NCBI GenBank assembly: GCA_964016885.1
Contig: OZ024744.1
Span: forward strand, 70,184,001 to 70,248,000
From: Eledone cirrhosa
Taxonomy: Eukaryota
Length of the DNA stretch: 64,000 nucleotides
Reading direction: 5' to 3'
Below are positions 1 to 13,527 of this stretch, one piece after another. The notes beneath the pieces were generated by a model, which was given only the letters and a program-made list of their open reading frames with translations, had not been told where the DNA came from and did not search any database. Every line of letters begins with the position of its first letter. The stretch's first letter is position 1. The position numbers were made by a program, and so were the translations under genes.

Positions 1-158
1 CTACGGTTTTTATTTTGCTGAGTCTACGTTCTGTACTCTTGTATATATATATTTTTTCTCCTTTACCTCCCCTTATATTTCACCTTTTCCTATGCCCCCC
101 CCCCATATATTCTTTTTGCCTTGCCCTCCACATACCTATATGTATGTGTATGTATATT

Positions 159-355
<197 letters not shown>

Positions 356-384
356 GTGTGTATATGTATGTATATGTAGATACA

Positions 385-490
385 CCAGGTTTTTTCATTC
401 TGAAGATTGAAGGAAAAATTTTTTGCTTTTAAGTAACCACTGGTGAATGGAATAATTGCTTTATGTTGCTTATTACTTTATTACCTTACT
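385..490 (+). mobile_element. HHR-bearing pLTR-like repeat, family A, degenerate copy
   Basis: Homologous to 4670-4770. The core reads CTGAAGA but GAAA is GTAA and the cleavage-site TA is TG, so it is probably inactive. Confidence 0.65.
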
Positions 491-726
491 ACTATATATA
501 TGTAAGTTTCATATGAATTATCTAAGACTGAGTTTTACACACACACACATGTATATGTGTATGTATATGTATGTATATATATATATGTATGTGTGTGTGT
601 GTGTGTTTGTATTTGGTTGTACGTGTTTATGATATGTACGTATTTGTATGTGTATAATTGTATAGCTATGTATGTATATGTGTGTGTGTATGTATACATA
701 TATGTGTGTGTGTGTATTTTTATATT

Positions 727-775
<49 letters not shown>

Positions 776-1192
776 ATATAATTACATATACATGTGTGTG
801 TATAATTGTATACGTGTGCGTGTGCGTGTTTGTGCATGTTTTTGTGTATGTGTATGTATGTGTTTATGTATTTGTATATGTATATTTATGTGCGGGAGTG
901 TGTGTATATATTTACTATTTCGTACATATGTATACGTGCATTTGTGTGTATTACTTACCACGCGTGTCTGTCCAGTTACCTGCAGTTTGAAGCGCTGTCA
1001 AAAATTTTTTTTTATATATATATATATTTTTTTTTTTTTCTTATATTTATATGCGTGTGTGAATATGTAGAGGAGTGCATTTATGTATGTGTATGTATGT
1101 ACGTGTGTATATATGTATGATTGTGTGCATGTATGTATGTATGTATATGTATGTGTGTATGGCTATGTTTGTGTATGTGTATGCTTGTACAC

Positions 1193-1224
<32 letters not shown>

Positions 1225-1226
<2 letters not shown>

Positions 1227-1500
1227 AAATGAAGTAATTCCATCGGAAAAGTCCAGGAAAAAAGAGTGCTCTATGTAGGCAACAGAGCTTAATTATTATT
1301 ATTATGTAATAAACAACATAAGGCAATTATTCCATTTACCAGTGGTTTCATAAAAGCAAAAGGTTTTGCTTTCAATCCTCAGAACGAAAAAATCCTGGTT
1401 TGTTTATTGAATTTGGATTACAAAAACAAAAATGCAATCTATATGAAAGTGAGGCTGGAGAAGGGAGAAGGAAAGGAAAAATAAAATAAAATAAAACTAC
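1225..1500 (-). mobile_element. Family A pLTR-like repeat with HHR at 1331-1388
   Basis: Reverse complement of 4575-4832. The minus strand reads ttcgtt-CTGAGGA-stem II-GAAA-ccactgg-TA-aatgga. Confidence 0.75.
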
Positions 1501-2234
1501 GCATGCAAACACACACACAAAAAAAAACAAAAGCATACTTACACACACATACATATATACATATATATATGTACGCATACATATATACATATACACATAT
1601 ATATAAAACGTACACTTACATACACATACACATATATACACACATATACACATACACACATATACACATACATACATTAATACATATACACACACGCACG
1701 CACACACATACACACACACACACACAGACACACGCATACACACACACATATATATATGTACATATATATATATATATATATATACATATATATATACATA
1801 TACACACATACACATACACACACATACACATGTGTGTGTACAAGCATACATATACACAAACATAGCCATACACACACACATATATATACACACATACATA
1901 CATTCACACAAACATACAAAACGTACATATATACACATACATGAATGCACTCCTCTACATATTCACACACGCAAATAAATATAAGAAAAAAAAAAAATAT
2001 ATATATATTAAAAATTTTTGACACCGATACATGACCCAGCTAACAGGACAGACACGCGTGGTAAGTAATACACACAAAAGCACGTATACATACGTACGAA
2101 ATAGTAAACACATACACACACTCTCAGACATAAATATACATATACAAATACAAAAACACATACATACACATACATACACAAACACGCACACGTATACAAT
2201 ATAAACACACACACATGTATATGTAATTATATAT

Positions 2235-2270
<36 letters not shown>

Positions 2271-3479
2271 TGTCAATTAATTTTGAAGGGTTGATCTTTG
2301 TGGTTTATTTTTATTTTTTATTATTGTAGTATTTTCTAATATTTTTTATTTTTATTTTTAATATCTTTAATATGTAAATTTTTTAATATGTAATATTTTT
2401 AATATGTAATATTCTTTCGTAATATTTTTTTAGTTTTCTATTTTATTATTACTTATTATTATTATTGTTATTTTTTTAGTTTTGTTTCTGATATATATTT
2501 TTATTAGTATATTGAAATCTGCTCTCTATTTCTGCTTGATAGATAATCTTGTAGAGTAAAGACAGGAATAATAATACACATATATGTATACTCAAATTTT
2601 TATACCACATTGAGAATGTTTTCCGTGAACTTAGAGTTTGCAGAGTTGATCATGTGGATTCACATGGATGTTTGTAGCTATCACATAAACATATGAATTT
2701 TTTTTAAAAACTAAACATAAGATAATTAATTTTCACACACTATGGATACTTGTCTCATTCAGGAATACTGATATTTACAATATAGTGGAAGTTTTATAAA
2801 TACTAATACATTAAAACATAGGGTTTTTACGCCTCGAATATATCTGGCTATTTTTAAATCTTTTCTCTCGCTATTTTTTTCTCTCTATATTTTTTTTTCT
2901 CTCTATATATATCTCCCTTACATTAATACTAGAGCTAAATAAATAAATAAATGTATCATTGATACATTTACTCAACTGACCTCCCACTACCTAATTTTCT
3001 ATATATATATGTATCTATCTCTATTTCCTCTCTCTCTCTATATATATATCTCTTTCTGTTTCTTTACATGAAGTTCTTCTCTTTATCTATCTTTCCATCT
3101 CTCTATTTTGTTCCATGCATTTCTTCTTTTTCTTCCTTTTCTTCGTTTTCTGTCTTTCTTTCTTTTTTCTCTTTCTTTCTTTCTCTCTGTATAAAATTTT
3201 TTCACTGCCAGTTCAACCTCTTCAAATGCAAGTCGGTGTTGTTACGGTATGTCGAATCTATTTATCTATAAAACTGTTTATATTGTATTTTGTCTGAGGA
3301 AGGCATAGCATATTGTTAATATGATATCCCCGAAATATATATAATGAAATAAATATGGTTTTATAAATATAGTTTCCATTTATTTAATATTGTAAATATA
3401 CTCCAAATATTTGTCGAGTGCTTTTATATCAGTTATAAATATTTACTAGTTGTAACCCAACAATTTTAAATATAACTTT

Positions 3480-3481
<2 letters not shown>
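2271..3481 (+). mobile_element. Probable Penelope-like 3' fragment inserted in (TA)n
   Basis: AT-rich insert flanked by (TA)n on both sides, splitting one arm of the inverted duplication, with an HHR near its right end. Confidence 0.5.
3286..3351 (+). ncRNA. Type I hammerhead ribozyme motif with decayed stem II
   Basis: tattttgt/atgaaata stem I, CTGAGGA (3294-3300), long imperfect stem II (catatt/aatatg), GAAA (3332-3335), palindromic tatata, TA site. Confidence 0.65.
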
Positions 3482-3564
<83 letters not shown>

Positions 3565-3713
3565 TATACAAAAATATAAAAATATAAACGCACACACACA
3601 CACACATATACGTAAACACACATATACATACATAGCTAAACAATTATACACATACAAATACGTATATATCAAAAACACGCACAACCAAATACAAATATAC
3701 ACACACACACAAC

Positions 3714-3751
<38 letters not shown>

Positions 3752-3752
<1 letters not shown>

Positions 3753-4150
3753 AAATGAAAGGTATAGAGATTGTTTTAGCGAGAAGCTAATAGTATTCAA
3801 TAACATATATGCGACTATAACGTCAAGATGGGAAAAGTAGTTAACGTAAGGTTTAGGAAAAATAATTCAAACTCATCTCAAAAGAGAATCAGGATACAAA
3901 TTTATCCACAGAATTTAGTGAAATCCAGGGAAAAATCAATAGACCTTTAACTCATGATAAAATAAAGTTTAAAACACTTATCCTTCAATTTGGAATAACA
4001 TCAAATGCTCTGTATAGTCTTAAAAGACTATTTCATGAAAACTTTCAGTGGAGATGGTCACGGTTGGATTTCAATCGTCAGCAGAGCTCAACAGATAACC
4101 AGGGCTACCACAGTATTATAAGCCGAAAAAGGAATTCTAAAACTGGCTAG
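3752..4150 (+). repeat. Unclassified dispersed repeat (second copy 63453-63686)
   Basis: Both copies start aaatgaaaggtataga right after (TA)n and share tccacagaatttagtgaaatcca. Confidence 0.65.
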
Positions 4151-4352
4151 TTCGCCATCATGCGTGATTATGAAAACGCACATGAGGAAATGTATACGTA
4201 TGTATATGTGTGTATGTATATGTATTTATATTTATGTTTCTATGTGTATGTATGTGTGTATATATGTGTATATGTATGTGTTTGTGTGTATTTATATACA
4301 CATATATATGTGTGTATATATGTGTGTGTGTATGTATGCGTATATGTATATG

Positions 4353-4525
<173 letters not shown>

Positions 4526-4574
4526 ATGCTTTTGTGTGTGAGTGTGCGTGTTATTGTGTGTGTGTTTGCATGTG

Positions 4575-4832
4575 AAGTTTTATTTTATTTTTCCTTTCCT
4601 TCTTCCTTCTCCAGCCTCACTTTCATATAGATTGCATTTTTGTTTTTAAAATCCAAATTCAATAAACAGACCAGGATTTTTTCATTCTGAGGATTGAAAG
4701 CAAAATCATTTGCTTTTAAGAAACCACTGGTAAATGGAATAATTTCCTTATGTTGTTTATTACTATTAAGCTCTGTTACCTACATAGAGCACTCTTTTTT
4801 CCTGGACTATTCCGACGGAATTACTTCATTTA
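4575..4832 (+). mobile_element. Family A pLTR-like repeat
   Basis: Four copies in the window (385, 1225, 4575, 42575), bounded by microsatellite and containing an HHR. Confidence 0.75.
4681..4738 (+). ncRNA. Type I hammerhead ribozyme motif with intact core
   Basis: ttcatt/aatgga stem I, CTGAGGA (4687-4693), 11-bp stem II ttgaaagcaaa/tttgcttttaa, GAAA (4720-4723), near-palindromic ccactgg, TA cleavage site. Confidence 0.8.
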
Positions 4833-4851
4833 TACATATATATATACTTAC

Positions 4852-4882
<31 letters not shown>

Positions 4883-5195
4883 CGTATATATATATATATA
4901 TACATATATATACATATATACATATATATATACATATATATATACTTACATATATATATATACATATATATATATACGTATATATATATATATACATATA
5001 TATACATATATACATATATATATACATATATATATACATATATATATATATACATATATATATACATATATATACACATATATATACATATATATATACA
5101 TATATATATATATACATATATATATACATATATATATATACATATACATATATATACATATATATATATATACATATATATACATACATATATAT

Positions 5196-5238
<43 letters not shown>

Positions 5239-5493
5239 GACATATACATATATATACATAGACATATACACACATATATATATATACACATATATACACA
5301 TATATACATATATATACATACATAGACATATATATATATACACATATACATATATATATATACACATATACATATATACACGTATATATATATATATATA
5401 CATATATACATATATATACATACATAGACATATATATATACATATATACACATATATATATACATATATATACACATATATATATACATATAC

Positions 5494-5546
<53 letters not shown>

Positions 5547-5671
5547 TATAGTAATAATAATAATAATAATAGTAGTAATAATAATAAAATTGAAGACTAA
5601 AATCCAAAGAGGGCTCGATAAGGAAAATATATATCAAATATATAAGAACCGAAGAGCAAATATTATATATA

Positions 5672-5759
<88 letters not shown>

Positions 5760-6163
5760 CTAGCTGTCGTCTGTTCTACAGTGTGGATGTAATTCACTTC
5801 GCGCAGAAGTTTTGTTCAAATTTATTGAGGGAATTTTGTGAGTTCAAACTTAATTTTGATACAATTGTGTAGCTTGACCCCCCGTCTGAACTGTCAGGCG
5901 GTGGGTCAGCTCATCTTTACCCCTCCTAGAGGTGAAAAACCTGTTTTAAAAAATGTTGTGGCAAAAAAATTTCAATCGTCTTACAGAAATGTTAAACGCA
6001 GCGAACGAAAATAGTGGTGGGGGGACAGCGGTAAGAGTTGTAAGCTCGCACGCTTTAGTCCCCCCCTTCCTTCCCAACTAACGTCATAGAGAAGGAAGGA
6101 AAAATTAAAATAAAAACAGACGAATCTGCGGAGAAAAAAAATGACGAAAACACAAATCTGGAC

Positions 6164-7887
6164 ATGGATTCCAACAACGAAAAAAAAAAATTTGAAAAAT
6201 TGCATGACAATACTAATAACACAAACAAAGACACAACAAACACAAAAATAACATTTGAAAATAACACCATAACAGAAAGCAAAGCAGACGACAAGATTTC
6301 ATTTGCAGAGAAAACAAAGAAATCTTTGACTTATATACCGGAAAATATTTCAGATGTGGCACGAAGGATCACAGACGCCAAACAATACATAAGTGAAGGA
6401 GAGAATGTTATTTTATCGGTAAAAATGCCTCAAGAATTCACCAAAGACATTGAAATCGAACGGTTAAGTTTCGGACCATCAACAACAGTACAAAAAAACC
6501 TGAACAGCCTTCTCAAGCAGATATCAAAACAGTACTCACAGAAGTACTTAATGAAACCACTTTCATAAGAAAAGACAGACTGTATGGAAGCCTAGCAATT
6601 ATCATGAAGAACGAATCGGCGGCAAAAAAATGTGCTTTGTCACCGATTCGTTCGAAAAATTTCACCTTTTATCCATCTTATATGGGGAAAAGAACTCAAC
6701 GCATATGGCTGGATGCAATGATGCCAGATGTGGACTACTGCTGGCTCATAGCTGGCTTCATCGATCCAGTGAATGACAACGTGATTTCCATTGGGAAAAC
6801 CACAGGCAATGCGTTCAGTGGAACAGGTATAGAGCTGGTAGTGCAAATGAAGCCTGAACGCATCGCCCAAATACCCGACAGAATCCTATTAGAGGACCAC
6901 AGGTATATAAACATTAGCGTGGAGGGGAGAAGGCCATCCTGTCATATCTGTGCAGGCAGAGGGCACCTGAAGGCCGCTTGTCCCCAACTCAACAAAAAGA
7001 AAACCCTGCTACCAACACCAGCTCCACCACCACCACCACAACAGATAAACAAACAACAAAACTCAGTCCCACCCAACCCGTCCCTCAGTAAAACCACACC
7101 ACCACCACAACACAAACAGTCACAACACATTACCCCAAAACAAAATACAGGCCCACCCAACCTCTCACTCAATAAAACAACACAACCACCGCAGACACAA
7201 TACACAACACAGTCTAACATAGTGACATCCATCTCCCCTACAAAGAAAACCAACACGGAAACATTACCAGCAAACATACCTCTTCCCTCCAACACTGAAG
7301 ATAACACAACGAATTCGGAGGAAGAAACGGAGTCCTTCAGACAGATTAAAAGGAGAAAAAGAAAACATGTGCAAAACACACAAGGCCAAACAACCCCCAC
7401 CCAAATGTCAACACAATCCAACAAAACAGAAAACACCCCTCCAGCAACAAACAAAACCAAACCTGCCCCTCCCCTCTTCGAAACACTCACACCATCCGAA
7501 AAAAAGACATTACACTATACTTACATCAACAGAAACAATAATAAATTAAATGAACTCATATACAATAATCCTTCGGTACAAACCGAAGGTGTAAACTTTG
7601 TTTCTTCAGAAAACTACCCACATTTAAAATTAATAAAGATCCCAATGAACCTCTACCAAAAACTAAAAAAGGATTTTAAGGAGGACGTAGGACCACCCTC
7701 TGTCAAACCCATAAACCGCGTCCTACTAAAAAGCTTTCCCCCTCCCCTTCCTCTCCCCAACACAACTCCAAACACCCCAACCCCACCACACACTGACGAC
7801 CCCACACCACCAAAAGACACCCCTTCACCCAACACCCCCGACCCCATGGAAGTCGTGCAACCCGAACCCCGGGAAGTGGAAAGGTAG
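6164..7887 (+). pseudogene. Tx1-like ORF1 (zinc knuckle protein) with one frameshift near 6492-6498
   Basis: CHICAGRGHLKAAC fits CX2CX4HX4C, followed by a Pro/Thr-rich tail. The 6164 and 6604 frames can be joined at an A7 run. Confidence 0.8.
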
Positions 7888-7920
7888 GTCTCCACACTCT
7901 CCTTTGGCTCTGCCGCCCAC

Positions 7921-10900
7921 ATGGATGTGTTAAGAGTAGGATGTTTGAATACACGTGGCCTGGGCTCAACTTGGAAGCAAGCGAAGCTTCTAAATGACCT
8001 CAGGTCATGTAGTATAAATGTAATGGTTATCTGTGAGACTCGAATCAGCGTCGTGCGGCAGCTGGCCCCCACCTTCGATGACTTTGAGGTGCATGCATCT
8101 CTCTGTCAACCTGGAGGTGGGGGTGGGGTTGTCGTACTGCTGCAAAAACACCTGGGTCTTGCCGTACAGGTTGTGCACTCGGACCCGGAGGGTCGTTTGT
8201 TGGTGCTAGACGTTGGCAGTAGTGAAAGTGCGGCCTTGAGACTGGTCGCCGTCTACTCCCCTTTCGGAGCTGAACGGCCCGACTTCTTCCAGCGTTTGGA
8301 GACTTTTCTGGGAACGTCGCGTTCCCTGCTTCTAGCGGGGGATTGGAATGACATCCTAGATGCACGTTGGGACTATGCAGGAGCACGTCCTAATAGAGGG
8401 GGGTGTAACATCCTCAAGGGGTTATTCGACCGTTTTAACTTGGTCGATAGATATCGACTAGATTTTCCAACTGTGCCTACCTGGACTTGGAGAAACCACA
8501 GTGGTCAATCTAGATCGTACTTAGATAGATTCTTAGTTAGAAGTAAGGATAGGGACATATTAAGCTGTCCAGAAATGCGCACGGTTGGCTACACGGATCA
8601 CAAATTAGTGACCAGCGTAGTCAATCTCGAGAAAACACATAGACAGGGTCCCGGTTACTGGAAACTTAATTTGTCTTTACCGGCAAAAGAGACTTACAGA
8701 AACCGGATTAGCAGATTAGTTAAGGAGAGGTTGACGGGTGCAATCGTCAACAACCGATGGTGGGCATCTCTCAAAAGAGAAATTAGAACAGAATCAATAA
8801 GTTATAGCAAGATGTTAGCTGCCGATAGGAATAGAAACGAGAAAGAATTAACAGGTAAATTAGAAGAGGCAATCAAGAGCGAAGATGTGGCCAGAGTGCT
8901 GGCATCGAGGACGGCCTTGAACCAGTTTTTCGATGCAAAGCACGAAGGCTGCGTCATTCGAAGTAAAATACGTGCTCTAGGTAATGAGGGGGCCAAAGCC
9001 GTTGGCTGGGCCCGCGTGACAGAAGCTAAGAGTGGAAATCGATCCACCATCCGGTCGTTGCAAGACGAAGATGGACGGGTGATCCGGGAGCCTAAGCAGA
9101 TGTGCGAGGCCTTTCAAAGGCACTTTGCCCGATTGTTCGGGGGAGGCGGGGGTCCGGGCGGGGGCGTGGATTTCGGTCCATACCTCGAAGGCCTGCCGCG
9201 TCTCTCGAGCGAAGAGGCAGAGTCCTGAGAGGGACCAATCTCGGCTGATGAGATCGCAGATGCGCTGAGCCAATGCAGCAAACGCAAATCTCCAGGTCTC
9301 GATGGTATACCTTACGAACTTTATTTAGCAATGCCGGTCTTCTTCTCCGAACTCCTCGAAGCGGTCTACTGCAATTGGCGGCAGAACGGGAGAATTCCTT
9401 GTTCTGTAGCCAAGGGCGTAGTCACGCTGGTGAGGAAGGACGAGAACAAGGGAGATAGTATAAATAATTTTCGGCCCATAACCCTGCTAAACACAGAGTT
9501 AAAGATTTTGGCCAAGGTGTTAGCAAAGAGGTTGGCGCTTGTCGTGGGTGGCCTGGTGGGAGATGCGCAAACATGTGCTATCCCATCCAGGTCCATTCAC
9601 GATAACCTCCACCTCATGCGATACATCATAGAGAGGGTTGGCAACAAACCCGGCTTCGGTGGGGCCCTGATCAACTTGGATCAGTCTAAGGCCTTCGATA
9701 GGGTCGACCATGGTTACCTGGATGCGGTGCTAGCGGCGGCTGGGTTCGGTCCTGTTTTCAGAGGCTGGATCACTGCCTTACATAGCAGCCACATCTGTTC
9801 TAGGATCAAGGTGAACGGCTACCTTTCGAAGCCGTTCGAAATCACACGATCCATTCGACAGGGGTGCCCTCTCTCCTCCCTTCTGTACGTATTGACTCTC
9901 GAGCCATTACTGAGGAAGTTGGAGTTGTTGCAGGGTATCCCCCTGGAACCAGGATTGAGCAAAGCGGTGTCGGCCTACGCCGATGACGTAACAGTAATGG
10001 TATCGACCGACTCGGAGATCGAGGCGATCGGTACCTTACTGGAGGAGTACGAAAGGTTGTCAGGAGCGAAACTGAACCGGGAAAAATCCATCGGGCTGCA
10101 ACTCGGAACGTGGAGAGGCAGACCGATGCCTCCTGACGGTGTCGTCGGACACTGGACGGAGGGCCCGGTAAAGTTGCTTGGGGTTTGGCTTGGACCGGAC
10201 CTCCAGGTGGAAAAGAACTGGAACGAGGTTACGAACAAGGTGTTTGCACTAACCCAGAAATGGGCCAAGTGTAAGCTGTCCCTAAAAGGCCGGGCGGAGG
10301 TGGCGAACATTTACATACCGTCCGTCACTTACTACCGCCTGACTGTCGTGCCTTGCCCTAAGGAAACACTCACCACCATGGAACGCATGCTCTTCCAATT
10401 TCTTTGGAAGAAGCGCCCTCCTATGGTGAGAAGATCCATCTGCTGCCAACAACCTTCGAAAGGAGGGCTGGGGATGCCGTGGTTGATGATGCGTAGGCAC
10501 GCATTAAGGCTACGGCACCTACAGGTATTCCTCACTGGTCAACCGGTGTGGGCTCCGTTCGTGAAATGAGCCTTTCCGAGACTCGTCTCGCTCACCGAGC
10601 TACAGTCCTGGGTCAAGCAAAGATCCGGAAAACTGGGAGACTGGCACACTGAGTGTGCTCAGGCGCTCAGGGCTCTCTGGCAAGCGGGCTAGGCCATTGG
10701 TGGAGAATCCACCTCATCATTCTATAGAGGGCTGGTGGCTAGCAGAGGCGATGACACCCTTGGAGAGTCGCTGGACATGGAGGAAGACGAACTGGCCAGC
10801 CTGTTCGGTAGGACTTTCGGCCCAGGACCAATGGACAACTTCCAGAAGTCACTGGCCTGGCAGTGCTACCGGGGGGCTCTACCCGTTCGAGAGAGGCTCT

Positions 10901-11358
10901 ACAGACACGGGCGCCTGGGCAGGGATCCCTCAAAAAAGATTTGCCCTAGATGCGTGCGTCACGAAGAAACCGTTGCGCACGCATTGGTGCAATGTCCGGG
11001 CGTGGCTGATCTGTGGGGCTACGCCGAACGACTGCTGTCGCGGGTGGCGCCGATTAAATTGACCGCCGAGTCCGTGATGACAATCAAACCGCCTCCCCTC
11101 TTCACAAAGGAAGCAAAGGCGGTTTTTCTGTGCGTAATAGCCATGTTGAAAGAAGTTGTTTGGTGGACACGATTGAAAGGTCTGAGGTCAGGCAACTTCC
11201 TCTCGGACCATAGTCTGGTCTACTTCTTCCGATATCACTTCGGAAGAAGGATAAGAATGGAGAGAGAGGTGCTTGGCCACAGGCAGTTTTATGAAAGGTG
11301 GGTGATAGTGGCGAGAATGGCTCGTGTAAATGGGCCTTCTCTGTATACCATCCTGTAG
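7921..11358 (+). pseudogene. Tx1-like ORF2: APE endonuclease, reverse transcriptase and C-terminal Cys/His motif, with three in-frame stops
   Basis: LNTRGL, AGDWN, YLDRF, TDH (APE); KSPGLDG, FRPITLLN, DQSKAFDRV, RQGCPLS, YADD (RT); CPRC...ETVAHALVQC. Single frame with stops at 9226, 10567 and 10690. Confidence 0.92.
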
Positions 11359-11594
11359 GTAAAGAAGTAAAGGAGAGGGGAGCACCTTCTCCACGTGCTC
11401 CCCGGGCAAAGGATTGCACACTTTTTCGGGGGTGTGTGCAACCCCCATCACGTCCCCTCCCTTTTGAGGTTATTTTCGATTATTTTCATGTTACACCCTT
11501 TTTACTCGATTATATGTAAACTCCCCCTTTGTATTTGTCCCTTCTTTTTATGACTTTCTGGTAAATAAAGAAATATATATATATATATATATAT

Positions 11595-11752
11595 CTAAGG
11601 CGGGAAAGATTCCCGAGATCCATGGACGAGTTCTTTCCAGCGGTCTCTCTCCCTCATTATCGCTGCCATGTCCTGCGTCTCCAACAGACCAGTGTCTGTC
11701 CTTAGGGCATCAACATACGTTAACCTTGGTCTTCCTCTTCTAGTGTGTCCAT
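11595..11752 (-). mobile_element. 3' end of an RTE-type LINE
   Basis: Translates [20 protein letters not shown]...[10 protein letters not shown], the typical RTE C-terminus. It sits tail-to-tail with the Tx1 element across (TA)n. Confidence 0.7.
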
Positions 11753-11763
11753 GTATATATATG

Positions 11764-11867
<104 letters not shown>

Positions 11868-12070
11868 CATATATATATACATATACATATATATATACAT
11901 ATATATGTATACATATATATATACATATATACATATACATATATATATATATACATCTATATATATATATACATATATATATACATATATACATATATAT
12001 ATATAAATATATATATATACATATATATATACATACATATACATATATATATATACATATATATATATAC

Positions 12071-12115
<45 letters not shown>

Positions 12116-12180
12116 CATATATATATATATACATATAGATATAGATATATATATACATATATATATATATAAATATATAT

Positions 12181-12271
12181 TAGAAAGTGAGGTTTTTTTT
12201 TACAAAATGAAAAATTACCGAGGTGTCCTACACGAGTGAAAGTATGATGAAAAAGAGATGAAATCGAAAAT

Positions 12272-12307
<36 letters not shown>

Positions 12308-12349
12308 AGACTCCAGTTGCATTTTCGATTTCATCTTTTTTTCTTTATA
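12181..12349. mobile_element. Foldback mini-element, family B (also 16769-16928; uninverted form ~61983-62156)
   Basis: Internal inverted repeat agatgaaatcgaaaatgc/gcattttcgatttcatct, flanked by microsatellite. Confidence 0.75.
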
Positions 12350-12422
12350 AATATATATATATACATATATACATATATATACATATATATATATAAATAT
12401 ATATACATATATATATATATAC

Positions 12423-12477
<55 letters not shown>

Positions 12478-12904
12478 CATACATATATATATACATATAT
12501 ATAAATATATACATACATATATATATATACATACATATATATATATATATACATATACACGTATATATATATATACATATATATATACATATATATATAA
12601 ACATATATATATATACATATATATATATATACATATATATACATACATATATATATACATACATATATATATACATAGACATATATATATATACATAGAC
12701 ATATATATATACACATATACATATATATATACACATATACATATATACACATATATATATATATATACATATATACACATATATACATACATAGACATAT
12801 ATATATTTTTATACATATATATATATATACACATATATATATACACATATATATATATACATATATATATATACATATATACATATACATATATATATAT
12901 ATTC

Positions 12905-12935
<31 letters not shown>

Positions 12936-13116
12936 CATATATATATACACATATATGCATATATATATATACATATATATATACATATATATATATACAT
13001 ATATATATATATACATATATATATATATGCATATATATATATACATATACATATATATATATACATATATATATATAAATATATATATATACATATATAT
13101 ATACATATATATATAC

Positions 13117-13151
<35 letters not shown>

Positions 13152-13482
13152 TATATACATATATACATATATATATATAAATATATATATATAAAAACAA
13201 ATAACGAAACGAAATTAAATTTCGTTTCGCTTCTAACTCACTTTTGTATGACTGACGCTTAAACAATTAAGTTAAAGTGTACATCTACATATGTATACGG
13301 AAGTATTAGTATGCATATAAATACACACATGTATACATATGTACATGTACTCAGCTTTTCACTAGACACTTTACAGTGAGTGTCAGCTAGTCTGTATGTA
13401 ACCACACAGGCGGACCGGGTTTTAGAGTCATACGAGTTTTCAAGGAAACACATTTCCTCTATTCTCCAGAGGGCCAGACAGG

Positions 13483-13527
13483 AATATTGGACTAGTTTCG
13501 ATGTTATTACATCTCATCAGCAATATT
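13483..13527 (-). ncRNA. Type I HHR, array unit 1 (identical at 13952-13996, 14421-14465, 15359-15403; core mutant at 14890-14934)
   Basis: Minus strand reads aatattg-CTGATGA-gatgt(aata)acatc-GAAA-ctag-TC-caatatt. Confidence 0.9.

Larger units (their letters stand above)
535..3720. repeat. Large interrupted inverted duplication (arm ~535-1225 vs ~1800-2270 plus ~3560-3720)
   Basis: Unique anchors recur reverse-complemented: ttacttaccacgcgtgtctgtcc (951) vs ggacagacacgcgtggtaagtaa (2046); gaatatgtagaggagtgcat vs atgcactcctctacatattc; tttgtatttggttgt (606) vs acaaccaaatacaaa (3681). Confidence 0.8.
5756..11573 (+). mobile_element. Near full-length Tx1/L1-group non-LTR retrotransposon, disabled
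   Basis: 5'UTR, ORF1, ORF2 (APE-RT-zinc finger) and a 3'UTR ending AATAAAGAA, with (TA)n directly on both sides. Confidence 0.92.
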
